This document shows, one piece after another, positions 49,450 through 61,944 of a stretch of 64,000 nt of DNA. Made by a program: the position numbers and the translations under genes. The notes beneath the pieces are model-generated. The model had not been told where the DNA came from. It ran no database searches and worked only from the letters and a program-made list of their open reading frames with translations. The stretch comes from Squalus acanthias. Its lineage: Eukaryota. The first letter of the stretch is position 1. Each line of letters starts with the position of its first letter. The stretch spans positions 141,734,001-141,798,000 of the forward strand of contig CM059431.1 in the NCBI GenBank assembly GCA_030390025.1, read 5' to 3'.

Positions 49450-52400
49450 TAGAATAAGAACATAAGAACATAAGAAATAGGAGCAGGAGTAGGCCAATCG
49501 GCCCCTCGAGCCTGCTCCGCCATTCAATAAGATCATGGCTGATCTGATCCTAACCTCAAATCTAAAGAACACAAGAAGTAGGAGCAGGACCCGGCCACTC
49601 AGCCACTGGGCCCGCTCCGCCACCCACAGGGCCCTGACCGATCCGAACTCAGCCTCATGTCCAATTTCCTACCTGCTCACCGTAACCCCTAATTCCCTTT
49701 ACCTCTAGGAAACTATCTATTTCTGTTATAAATTTATTTAATGATGTAGCTTCCACAGCTTCCTGGGGCAGCAAATTCCACAGACCCACTACCCTCTGGG
49801 TGATGAAGTTTCTCCTCATCTCAGTCTTGAAAGAGCAGCCCCTAATTCTAAGATTATGCCCCCTAGTTCTAGTTTCACCCATCCTTGGGAACATCCTTAC
49901 CGCATCCACCCGATCAAGCCCCTTCACAATCTTATATGTTTCAATAAGATCGCCTCTCATTCTTCTGAACTCCAATGAGTAGAGTCCCAATCTACTCAAC
50001 CTCTCCTCATATGTCCACCCCCTCATCCCCGGGATTAACCGAGTGAACCTTCTTTGTACTGCCTCGAGAGCAAGTATGTATTTTCTTAAGTATGGACACC
50101 AAAACTGTATGCAGTATTCCAGGTGCGGTCTCACCAATACCTTATATAACTGCAGCAATACCTCTCTGTTTTTATAATCTATCCCCCTAGCAATAAAAGC
50201 CAACATTCCGATGGCCTTCTTGATCACCTGCTGCGCCTGCATATTAACTTTTTGATTTTCTTGCACTAGGACCCCCAGATCCCTTTGTACTGCAGTACTT
50301 TCCAGTTTCTCGCCATTAAGATAATAACTTGCTCTCTGATTTTTCCTGCCAAAGTGCATAACCTCACATTTTCCAATATTGTATTGCATCTGCCAATTCT
50401 CCGCCCACTCACCCAGCCTGTCTATATCCCCTTGTAGGTATTTTATGTCCTCCTGACTTTCTACTTTCCCTCCCATCTTTGCATCATCTGCAAACTTTGA
50501 TATGTTACACTCGGTCCCCTCCTCCAAATCGTTAATATAGATTGTAAAGAGTTGGGGACCCAGCACCGACCCCTGCGGAACACCACTGGCTACTGGTTGC
50601 CAGTCCGAGAATGAAACATTTATCCCAACTCTCTGCTTCCTGTTAGATAACCAATCCTCCACCCATGCCAGAATATTACCCCCAATCCAGTGATTTTTTA
50701 TCTTGAGCAATAATCTTTAATGTGGCACCTTGTCGAATGCCTTCTGGAAGTCTAAATACACTACGTCCACTGCTTCCCCTTTTATCCACCCTGTACGTTA
50801 TGTCGTCAAAGAACTCAAGCAAATTTGTCAGACATGACTTCCCCTTCATAAAGCCATGCTGACTTTGTCCTATTAAATTATGTTTATCTAAATGTTCCGT
50901 TACTGTCTCCTTAATAATAGTCTCCAAAATTTTACCCACCACAGATGTTAGGCTAACTGGTCTATAATTTCCAGCCTTCTGCCTACTACCCTTTTTAAAT
51001 AAGGGTGTTACATTAGCAGTTTTCCAATCTGCCGGGTCCTTTGCTGAGTCCAGGGAATTTTGGAAAATTATTACCAAAGCATCCACAATCCCTACTGCCA
51101 CTTCCCTCAAGACCCTAGGATGTAAGCCATCAGGTCCAGGGGTTTTATCCGCCTTGAGTCCCATTATTTTACTGAGTACCAATTCCATAGTGATTTTAAT
51201 CGTATTTAGCTCCTCCCCCCCCCCCCCCAGAGCCCCCTGTTTGTCCAGTGTTGGGATATTCTTAGTGTCCTCTACCGTAAAGACTGAAACAAAATATTTG
51301 TTCAGCATTTTTGCCATCTCCATGTTTCCCAACATTAATTTCCCGGTCTCATCCTCTAAGGGACCTACGTTTGCCTTAGCCAACCTTTTTCTTTTTATAT
51401 AACTATAGAAACTCTTGCTATCAGTTTTTATATTTTTTGCTAATTTATTTTCATAATCTATCTTCCCTTTCTTAATCAACCCTTTAGTTACTTTTTGCTG
51501 TCTTTTGAAGAATTCCCAATCTTCTATCCTCCCACTAAGTTTGGCTACCTTATATGTCCTTGTTTTTAGTCGGATACTATCCTTAATTTCTTTACTTAGC
51601 CACGGATGGCTGTCATTTCTTTTACACCCTTTTTTCCTCAGTGGAATATATTTATTTTGAAAGTTGTAAAATAACTCCTTAAATGAACACCACTGCTCAT
51701 GTACCGTCTTACCCTTTAATCTATTTTCCCAGTCCACTTTAATCAATTCCGCTCTCATACCATCATAGTCTCCTTTATTCAAGCTCAGTACGCTTGTTTG
51801 AGAACCAACCTTCTCACCCTCTAATTGGATATGGAATTCAACCATGTTATGATCACTCATTCCAAGGGGATCCTTAACTAGGACATTATTAATTAATCCT
51901 GACTCATTACACAGGACCAGGTCCAAGGTTGCTTGCCCCCTTGTAGGATCAGTTACATACTGCTCAAGAAATCCATCCCTAATACACTCAATAAACTCTT
52001 CCTCAAGGCAGCCCTGCCCAATTTGATTTGTCCAGTTAATATGATAGTTAAAATCCCCCATAATTATAGCTGTTCCCTTATTACATGCCCCAACTATTTC
52101 CTGATTAATAGTTCTTCCAGCAGAGTTGCAACTATTAGGAGGCCTATATACTACTCCCACTAGTGTTTTTCCCCTTATTATTCCTTATCTCCACCAAACT
52201 GTTTCATTATCCTGATCCTTTGACTCAATATAATTTCTCTGTATTACAGTGATTCCTTCCTTTATTAACATAGCCACCCCACCTCACCTTCCTTCCTGCC
52301 TGTCCTTCCTGATTGTTAAATACCCTGGCATATTTAGTTCCCAGTCGTTGTCACCCTGCAGCCATATTTCTGTAATGGCCACAAGATCATACCCATAAGT

Positions 52401-52650
52401 AATTATTTGTGCCGTTAACTCGTCCATTTTGTTACGAATGCTACATGCATTCAGATAAAGAACTTTCAAATATGATTTGTGACACTTAGTTCCTGCTTTT
52501 TCCTTTTTTAACACTTTACCTTTTACTCCATACCTTCTGTCCCTTCCTGACACGCTTTCCTCTGTCTCCCTGCTCAGGTGCCCAACCCCCTGCCACTTCA
52601 GTTTAAACCCTCCCCAACAGCACTAGCAAACACTCCCCCTAGGACAGCGG
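49450..52650 (-). mobile_element. Relatively young CR1 LINE with nearly complete ORF2 (a few frameshifts), nested in an older + strand CR1 (48930-49450, 52650-52970)
   Basis: LKVLYLNACSIRNKMDEL; GVVYRPP, IIMGDFN, SDHNMVEF (APE); RT motifs to C-terminus; 3' tail (ttcttatg)n. Confidence 0.95.
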
Positions 52651-52974
52651 AATATAAGAGATAAGAGATCAGTTAGAATTTTATAAATCACTGGTAAAGC
52701 CTCAGCTCGTGTATTGTTGACAATTCTGAGCACCACACTTCAGGAAAGATGTAAAGGCCTTAGAAAGGGAACAGAAGAGGTTTACCAGGATGTTACCACG
52801 GATGAGGGACTTCAGTTATGAGGAGAAGTTGGAAAAGTTAGGACTGTTCACCTTGGAACAGAGAAGTTAAGAGGAGGCCTAATAGAGTTTTTCGGGATGA
52901 GATGAGGTGTGATAGAGTAGACAGAGAAAAAATATTCCCTCTGGCGAGTGGGTCAAGAACTCGAAATATTGGCT

Positions 52975-55900
52975 AGCAGTGAATCTGCAGTCAATTTGCC
53001 GCATCAAAGGCCGAGTTTTATACCAGATGATAAACATCTCCCAATAGCATGTTAGACTCTCACCTCAGCAAAATTATCGACTGAAGAGATTCTCATTAAA
53101 CCTCCTCAGATTTCCAATCATTGTTGAAGCTTCCCGTTTCCGGACTTCGACACTGGGGGTCTTGGTCACAACAGATCTTCTCTATGAAACTAGCGATCTT
53201 TCTCCAGTCCCAGTTAGTGTAGTGATGATTCGACTTCACTCTCTCCACAATCCTGGGATACTGCTTACTAAAATAAACTATTTATATAAACATGATTCAT
53301 CTTTATTAAAGAATATGTTACAGGAAAACAATGGGACTACTTTTGTGACTATTAATATATTTAATATGAAAATATTTATAATTTGTTTGAATTACTTACT
53401 TTAATATTAAATCGTTCTTTTATTTCCTTGCCCCTATATATAGGGACTGTACTCACTCAATGTCACAAAGCAGCCGGAGCTCCGCCCTTCGATGTGTTCC
53501 AGTGTCACATGACCGTGCTCTGCTCCAGGTGCGCAGTCTCACTGGGCATGAGCGCAATTTGTACAATCAGTCCTGTCTCCGACCCCGCCCCCATTTACTC
53601 AGACTCGAGACAGGGAGCATAGGATCGCTAAATTACCACTTGCACATTCTCCCTCGCATCATCCAAATGCGAGGTCCCACTATTTAATGGACCCCATGTC
53701 CACCACTTGTTTATAAATTCTAAATTACCCCTTCTCTTTATATAAGGCAAACTGTCTCCCTCCAGATTTGGCAGTGACAAGCACTCTGAGGTGAGAGTGC
53801 TGAGATGAGGCAGGGATATTACAACCACCTCACTCTACTAAAAATAGTCTATTCGCTTTAACAAGATGGAGCATCAGAGGCAATAAGTGGAGGGATCATC
53901 AGTGGTATCTAGTCGTTGAATCATCGGGTTAGGAACAGCACGGGTAAGATATAGGGAAAAATTCCCTCAACACTGCACCATCAAACACTCCCAGGTACGG
54001 CATGGGTTAGATACATTGTAAAGCTCCTTCTACACTGTTCCATCAAACACCCCCAGGGCAAGCAGACAGGTGTCGGATACAGAGTAAAGCTCCCTCTATA
54101 ATGTCCCATCCAACAGTCCCAGGGCAGATACAGCACGGGTTATATATAGAGTAGAGCTCCCTCTACACTGTCCCATCAAACACTCCCAGGGCAGGCAGAC
54201 AGGGGTCAGATACAGTGTAAATCTCACTGTATTATCGTTCATCAAGCACAGTGAACTCAGATACAGCAGCTGGCCAATGCAGCGTGCAGCTCCTCTGACA
54301 CTTCCCAATGAAGCTCACCAAGTCATGAACAGCATGGTATGAATACAGGACAGAAATCCCTGTACATGCAAGCATCCCGTACTCCCAGGTCAGGTATGGG
54401 CGAGCTTTACATACGAGTGAATCTCCGGTCCAATTATCGCATCAAAGGCCGAGACTTTTGCCAGAAATTAAACGGCATCCAACAGCGTGTCAGACTCTCA
54501 CCTTGAAAAAATCCTGTTCTGATGGGATTGATTCTCAGTGGAGCTCCTCGCCTTTCCAATCATTCATGATGCTTCCTGATTAATCCCGTCTTGTTCAATG
54601 AGAGTGTTGGTCCCATCAGTTCTGCTCTGTGAAACCAGTGACACTTCTCGAGTCGCAGTTAGTGTGGTGCTGATTTGACATTGCTCTCTCCACCTTCCTG
54701 AGATAATGCTCACTCCGAGAATATTTTAATATCAAAATGACTCGTTAATTCTGGAATCTATGACTCAAAAACAACGGGACTAATTTTGCGACTATCAATA
54801 TATTTAATTTGAATGTATTTAGCATTAATGACATTTGGTTGAATTACTTACTTTATTTTTAAACTGTTCTTATATTTTCTTACCCCTATTTATCGGGGCT
54901 GAACTTACTCACAATATCTGCTGCCAACTCCAGCTCCGCCCACAGTAACTCACCACTGATGGAGCGTAACCAGGGGCGGAAACCTGTCTCCAGGTGACAT
55001 TACAATGGAGCCAGGAGCCAATCATACAGCAGCCAGTAACAATGTCACAAAGCAGCCGGAGCTCCGCCCAGTCGAGGTTTCACAGGGTCACATGACCATG
55101 CTCTGCTCCTGGTGCGCAGTCTCACTGGGGATGACCACATGTTTTACATTCAGTCGTGTCTCTGACCCCGTTCTCAGGTAACCGAGAGTACCTTCACCAC
55201 ACGGACTGCAGCGGTTCACCACCACCTTCTCAAGGGCCATTATGGATGGGCAATAATGCTGGCCTTGCCAGCGACGCCCACCTCCCATGAACGCAAAAAT
55301 AATAGGCATGGAAAACAACCTCGCAAAATTGCACCTTAAGAATTCTCCCTCCCATCCTCCAAATATGAGGACCCACTGTTCAATGGTCCAAATGTCCACC
55401 TTATTGTTTATACACCCTAAAGCTTCCCTCACATAATATCAGGCAGTTTGTCTACTCCTGCCTTGATGGTGAAAGGCAGTTTGTGGTAATGGTGTTTGGA
55501 TAATGATGTAACAAACACCTCGGTGTTCTAAAACCAGTCTATTCCCTGTAACAGGAAGGGGCGGCAGCACCACATTGAAGGGATCATTAGTGTTATTAAT
55601 GGGTGGGGCAATTGATGCCATAATTGGACTGGAAATCATGGGCAATAATACTTAGAGCTTCTTCTGTATTGTCCCATCAAACACTCCCAGGTCAGGTACA
55701 GCATGGGTTAGATACAGTGTAAAGCATATTTAAACGGACCATCAAACACTTTTAGATTAGGTTCAGCACGGGTTAGATACAATGTATAGCTCCTTCTACA
55801 CGATCGCATCAAACATACCCAGGTTAGGTATATAAATGGTTAATTACAGAGTAACGTTCCCTCTACAAATTCCCATCATACACCCCCAGGGAAGTTACAG

Positions 55901-58560
55901 TACGGGTTAGAAACAGGGTAAAACTTACTCAACAGTGGCCCGCCAGAACCTCCGAGGGCAGGTAGACAGGCGTTGGAGACAATGTAAATATCACTATTAT
56001 CGTTCATCAAGCACAGTGAACGAAGATACTGCATGTGGCCAGTGCAGCGTTCAGCTCCTCTGCCACTAACCAATGAAGTTCACCATCTCACGCACAGCAT
56101 GGTATGAATACAGGACAAAAATCCTTGTACATTCAAGCATCACGCACTCCCAGGTGAGGTATGGACTAGCTTGACATAACAGTGAATCCCCAGTCAAATT
56201 ATCGCATCAAATGCTCAGCCTTTTGCCAAAAATTAAACGGCATCCAACAGCGTGTTAGACTCTCACCTTGAAAAAATCCTGAACTGATGGGATTGTTTCT
56301 CAGTGGAGCTCCTCACTTTTCCAATCATTCATGATGCTTCCTGATTAATCCCGTCTTGTACAATGAGAGTGTTGGTCCCATCAGTACTGCTCTGTTAAAC
56401 CAGCGCCCTTTCTCTAGTCGCAGTTAGTGTGGTGCTGATTCGACATTGTTCTCTCCACCTTCCTGAGATAATGCTCATTCCGAGAATATTTTAATATCAA
56501 CATTACTCGTTAATTCTGGAATCTATGACTCAAAAACAATGGGACTGATTTTGCGACTATCAATATATTTAATTTGAATATATTTATCATTAATGACATT
56601 TGGTTGAATTACTTACTTTAATATTAAATTGTTCTTATATTTCCTTACCCCTATTTATAGGGGCTGTACTCACGCATAATATCTGCTGCCAACTCCAGCT
56701 CCGCCCACGGTAATACACGTCTGATGGAGCATCAGCAGGGGCGGAAACCTTTCTCCAGGTGACATTACAATGGAGCCAGGAGCCAATCATACAGCAGCCA
56801 GTAACAATGTCATAAAGCAGCCGGAGCTCCGCCCAGTCGAGGTGTCACAGGGTCACATGACCATGCTCTGCTCCTGGTGCGCAGTCTCACTAGGGGTGAC
56901 CACATGTTGTATCTTCAGTCCTGTCTCCGACCCCGTTCTCATGTACCGCAGAGTACCTTCACAACACGGACTGCAGCGGTTCACCACCACCTTCGCAAGG
57001 GCCATTAGGGATGGGCAATAATGCTGGCCTTGCCAGCGACGCCCACATCCCATGAACGGAAAAATAATAGGCATGGAGAACAACCTCGCAAAATTGCACC
57101 TTACGAATTCTCCATCCCATCCTCCAAATATGAGGACCCACTGTTCAATGGCCGTAATATCCACCTTTTGTTTTATACACCCTAAAGCTTCCCTTACATA
57201 ATATCAGGCAGTTTGTCTCCTCCTGCCTTGGCAGTGAAAGGCAGTTTGTGGTAATGGTGATTGGATGATGATGTAACAAACATCTCGGTGCTCTAAAACC
57301 AGTCAATTCCCTGTAACAGGAAGGGGCGGCAGAGCCACATTGAAGGGATCATTAGGGCTATTAATGGGTGGGGCAATTGATGCCATAATTGGACTGGAAA
57401 TCATGGGCAATAATAGTTAGAGCTTCTTCTACATTGTCCCATCAAACACTCCCAGGTCTGGTACAGCATGGGTTAGATACAGTGTAAATCATATTAATAC
57501 TGCCCATCAAACACTCTCAGATCAGGTTCAGCACGCGAATAGATACTATGTGAAACTCCCTCTAGACGATCCCATCACACATACCCAGGTTATGTACAGA
57601 AATAGTTAATTACAGAGTAAAGGTTCCTCTACAAAGTCCCATTATACACCCCCGGGGCAGGTACAGCACGGGTTAGAAACAGAGTCAAACCGTCTCAACA
57701 CTGGCCCGTCAAAACCTCCGAGGGCAGGTAGACAGGCGTTAGATACAGTGTAAATCTCACTGTATTATCGTTCATCAAGCACAGTGAACTCAAATACAGC
57801 ATGTGGCCAATGCAGCGTACAGCTCCACTGGCACTACCCAATGAAGCTCAGCATCTCACGTACAGCATGGTATGAATACAGGACAGAAATCCCTGTACAT
57901 GTAAGTATCACACACTCGCAGGTGAGATATGGACGAGCTTCACATCCCAGTAAATCTCCAGTTAAATTATCCCATCAAAGGCCGAGCCTTTTGCCAGAAA
58001 TTAAACGGCACGCAATAGCTTGTTAGACTCTCACTTGAAAAAATCCTGCACTGATGGGATTCTCAGCCTTTCCAATCAATGATGAAACTTACTGTTCTAT
58101 CGCGTCTTGTCCAATGTGAGTGTTGGTCCCACCAGATCTGCTCTGTGAAACCAGAGACATTTTTCTCCAGTCCCAGTTAGGGTGGTGCTGATTGGATTCT
58201 GCTCTCTCCACCTTCCTGAGAAAAGGCGCTCTCCAAGAATCTTATAATATAAAAGGATTCATATTAATTCCAGAATCTGTTAGTCGAAAGGAAAGGTACT
58301 CATTTTCCGAGTATGAATAATTTTAATTTGAGCCTACTTACAATTAATTACATTTGCTTGAAGTACTCTTTTTGCGGACTGAACTCACTCACAATGTACG
58401 TTGCCAGCTCCAGCTCCGCCCACAATAATATCCCACTGATGCTGTTTAACCAGGGCTGAAAACCTGTCTCCAGGTGACATCACAAATGTGCCAGGAGCCA
58501 ATCACAGAGCAGCCAAGGGAAATGTCACATAGCAGCCGGACCCCCTCCCACTCGAAGTTG
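52975..58560. repeat. Tandem array of ~1.77-kb composite units (about 3.3 copies)
   Basis: Marker catcaaa.g.c.ag at about 53002, 54440, 56205 and 57973. Full units carry an AT-rich block, a GC/CCAAT-box block and copies of a ~65-bp repeat; the two middle units also carry a LINE 3' end. Confidence 0.93.
53930..54230. repeat. ~65-bp tandem repeat (gtcccatcaaacactcccagggcagg.acagcacgggttagatacagagtaaagctccctctacact); also at about 55650-56000 and 57415-57760
   Basis: 4-5 degenerate copies per array unit visible. Confidence 0.85.
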
Positions 58561-58561
58561 C

Positions 58562-59262
58562 ACTTCTTACAATTTAATATACTGTATTCGCTGCTCACGA
58601 TGTGGTCTCCTCTACATTGTGGAGACCAAACGCAGATTAGGTGACTGCTTTGTGGAATACCTCCGTTCAGTCCGTAAGTGTGACCCCGAGCTTCCGGTCG
58701 CCTATCACTTTAATTCTCCACTCCACTCCCACTCTGGTCTGTCCGTCCTCGGCCTCTTACACTGTTCCAATGAAGCTTGACGTAGCTCGAGGAACAGCAC
58801 CTCATCTTTCGATTAGACACTTTACAGCCTCTGGACTCAACATCGAGTTCAACAATTTCAGATCATAACCTCGGCCCCTATTGTCTTTCTCTCACAAGGT
58901 CGCTGTTGATGATTCTGCCATTGCCATTTACACCTCATCTAGACTCATCTTTTGTTATTTAACTTGTCTCATTACCATCTCCTTGACTTGCACCATCATC
59001 CCTATTGTTTTTTAATCTCTCCTGTCTTCCATCCTATCACAGACCTTCCCTTTTGTTCTTTGCTCCCCTCCTCCCTTTCCCTGCCCCTACACTTGCTTAA
59101 AACTCCGTTATATCTCTAACCTTTTCCAGTTCTGACGAAGTGTCACCGACCTGAAACGTTAACACTGCTTCTCTCTCTACAGATGCTGCCTGACCTGCTG
59201 AGTGTTTCCAGCATTTTCTCTTTATATTTCAGATTTCCAGCATCCGCAGTGTTTTGCTTTTG
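58562..59262 (+). mobile_element. Penelope-like element 3' fragment (GIY-YIG + terminal repeat)
   Basis: NLIYCIRCSRCGLLYIVETKRRLGD...SGLNIEFNNFRS and terminal repeat ccagttctgacgaag...ccgcagtgttttgctttt. Confidence 0.88.
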
Positions 59263-60034
59263 TATCAGAATAGTGGAAGAATCCGCTCCCCACCCGAGGG
59301 ATGTCATTGGTGTGAGACCCCGGTAGCAGCCAAGCTTGCACCGCCTGGAGTCCCAAGTACACGGATGACCTGTTGTAGATTCAGGACCTTTTATAAACTC
59401 ATTTAGAAACACTTTAACTGGACTTCGAGACGAGATCGCTATTGACTGTAAAATAACGGAAGATTCCAGTTCTATCGCTGCAGACTGCATCAGTGATTTA
59501 TTATTCAAGTGAAATTGCAGAATTTTGGGCTTGAAATGTGTTCCGACCGTTTACATTGTGTTTATTTACAAAGAGTTTATCAAGGTTGAGTTGAACTCAG
59601 TTCAGCGGAGATGCAAAGAAAGATCTGAGCTCGCTGCCTGAATCCAGCCCCGGGCTGGCCGTGCTCGTCTGGTTCCAGACTGAAGGAGCGCTCCAGTGAT
59701 GCGATTAGCATTGAGCGCACAAACTGTGTGCTTTGTATTGGGAGTTAGTGAGAGTTAGTCAGCGCTTGCACAATAACTTGATATCGGAAAGTTGTTAGCT
59801 TTAATTTCACTGTAAAGTGACTCAGCAGGACTGCAATACTTGTGTTCACGGTGAGTGGAGGAACTATCTACGGCCAAATTGGTTGTAAATAGACAAGAAG
59901 ATTGTGAATTTGTTTTTCTAACGAGATGCTTTGCAATGGGTGTTTCACTCTATTCTCAGTACAATAGAAATACTACCCGGAGGAGTCCGTGTTCCATGTT
60001 TATGTGGAATGTGAGAGTTTGCAGTCCCTCTTCC

Positions 60035-60420
60035 ATTATTTGAAGGGGCTGCTCCTGATTTTTGGTTGCACTTCAGTCCCAAGCTCCTGATCTTTGGTCA
60101 CCCGGTGCGGAGGGGAGCGTGCAGGTCGGGGATCTCTCTTTAGGACTGCTCCTGAGCCAGGCCAAAGTGGCCAACAACTGGTCCAGGCAGCGGGTGGTCG
60201 AGGGGGTAGTTCGGCCCGACTGCCTGTCTCTCTTCCGCGGCAACGTCCGCGCCCGGGTGGCCCTCGAGATGGAGCACGTGGTGTCCGCCGGCACGCTCCA
60301 GGCCTCCCGCGCCCGGTGGGCACCGGAGGGACTGGAGTGCATCATCACCCCTAGCAACAGCATTTTAATTTAAGTTGTTAATTTTCATTTAATGTTTTTT
60401 GTTAAGTTACAGTTTATTTG
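60035..60420 (+). mobile_element. Tx1/L1-like LINE ORF2 C-terminal fragment
   Basis: LGLLLSQAKVANNWSRQR...CLSLFRGNVRARVALE.....GTLQASRARWA resembles Tx1-clade ORF2 C-termini (recognised from memory). Confidence 0.6.
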
Positions 60421-61944
60421 TTTATTGTCTCCACCAAAAGAGCTACAATAGAAATGCTGCCCTTGTTTGATTCATTATTTGCTCCAAATAGGCACGGTGT
60501 ATAAATTGAAGACAGCTTGTCCGACATCCAGTCCTGGATGAACAGAAATTTCCTCCAACTAAATATTGGGAAGACCTCAGCTGTTAAAACCTTCTAATTA
60601 AACTGGCACTTGGACTTATTTCATAGATCAGCATTTGTTTTTTTTTCATCAAACTCACAATTTACTAGTCCCTATGTTTACAACTTCCTGTTCTGATGCT
60701 CACTAAAGGACTAACAATGTTTTATACCTCCTACAAGTAATGTGGCTGAACTTCAGAAAGAGATTCCCAGCCAGATATTCAATTTTAATTTTCAGGATTA
60801 AAATACATCATTTATAGTGGTAATAGAAAAAACTCTTTTTTCCTTGTTATGGATGCATTATATTGTTTTTATGTTGTTCATTTTTGAGTTGAAAGGACAG
60901 AATTGGTCTCTGAAATCTGACAGATGTTCACTTTATTTAAGTTTCTTATTCAACTTCCCAAGTAATTAAAATGAAACACGGTCGATGAAAAAAAGTCTCC
61001 TCCACCTAAACCTGCACAATGTAGATCTGCTATTAATAAATCAGCCTCAACCCGTCTAACCGTCTGTGTGCTGGGTTCTTTGCTCTAAAAAGCTTTATTC
61101 ATCACACAGAAACCTCACAGGATGAATGAGATTATTGTCCTCTGTATCTGCATCAAATCAATTCAAACCTCTCTGCAGTCAGCTACTTTTAAGCGAGGAG
61201 TCTGTTTGCCACATTTTCTCCACCAATATTCAGGAACCTTTTTTAATGCAAGTGACAGGTATTTTCTCTCTGTATTTGTTCCGAAAATTGCTTTGTAGCA
61301 TTGTTAAGAAAACATGTAAGGGAGGACTAATCATTTTCCAATCAAAATTGATTGAGCAGATGTAAACGGCGCTATCCCATGTTTGTCTTGGTATCAGGAA
61401 ATGCAAAGTGTTGATTTTTCCACTGCAGATCTTCTTTTACGATGTGAAACAGGCTCGTTCACTTGCTTTCACCAAGCAAAATAAACACCTCGGTAATTGC
61501 TGGGTAGTTGGTGGGCAAACAGCCCAACTCTGCGCAAATAATTGTTTTTTCACAGGAGGATCTGTCAAGGCAAGAGCGCAAGATCAGGATTTAGCGCATG
61601 TGCGGAAATCCCGAACTTGTATCATTTTCAAAGGGGTATGATGACATAGTCTCAGAGTACACCGTCATACCCACTCAATCTCCGGACCAAAGTAACAGGG
61701 CATTCAGCATCAGCAACCAATGCAATGTCCCTCGAATAAAAATCTCTCTGGTTGCTTTGTAACAGTTACTGTTTAATTATTGGTGATGCTAATGTCTCCA
61801 ATTTGTTGTACGGTTAATTTTGAAGTGCAATATTTTCTCATTGCGTCCAAGAGAAATGTATGTTTACAGTCTGACTGTAATCAGATTAAACAGCATGTGG
61901 CTGAGTTTCTCCAGCATTTTCTGTTTTTATACCAGTAAATTAAT

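Noticed and set aside
54502..54697. Protein-coding exon in the 1.77-kb array
   Set aside because: Stops or frameshifts differ between copies and no recognisable domain.
59143..59508. 121-aa minus-strand ORF
   Set aside because: No recognisable motif; the C-terminal third is Penelope terminal repeat.
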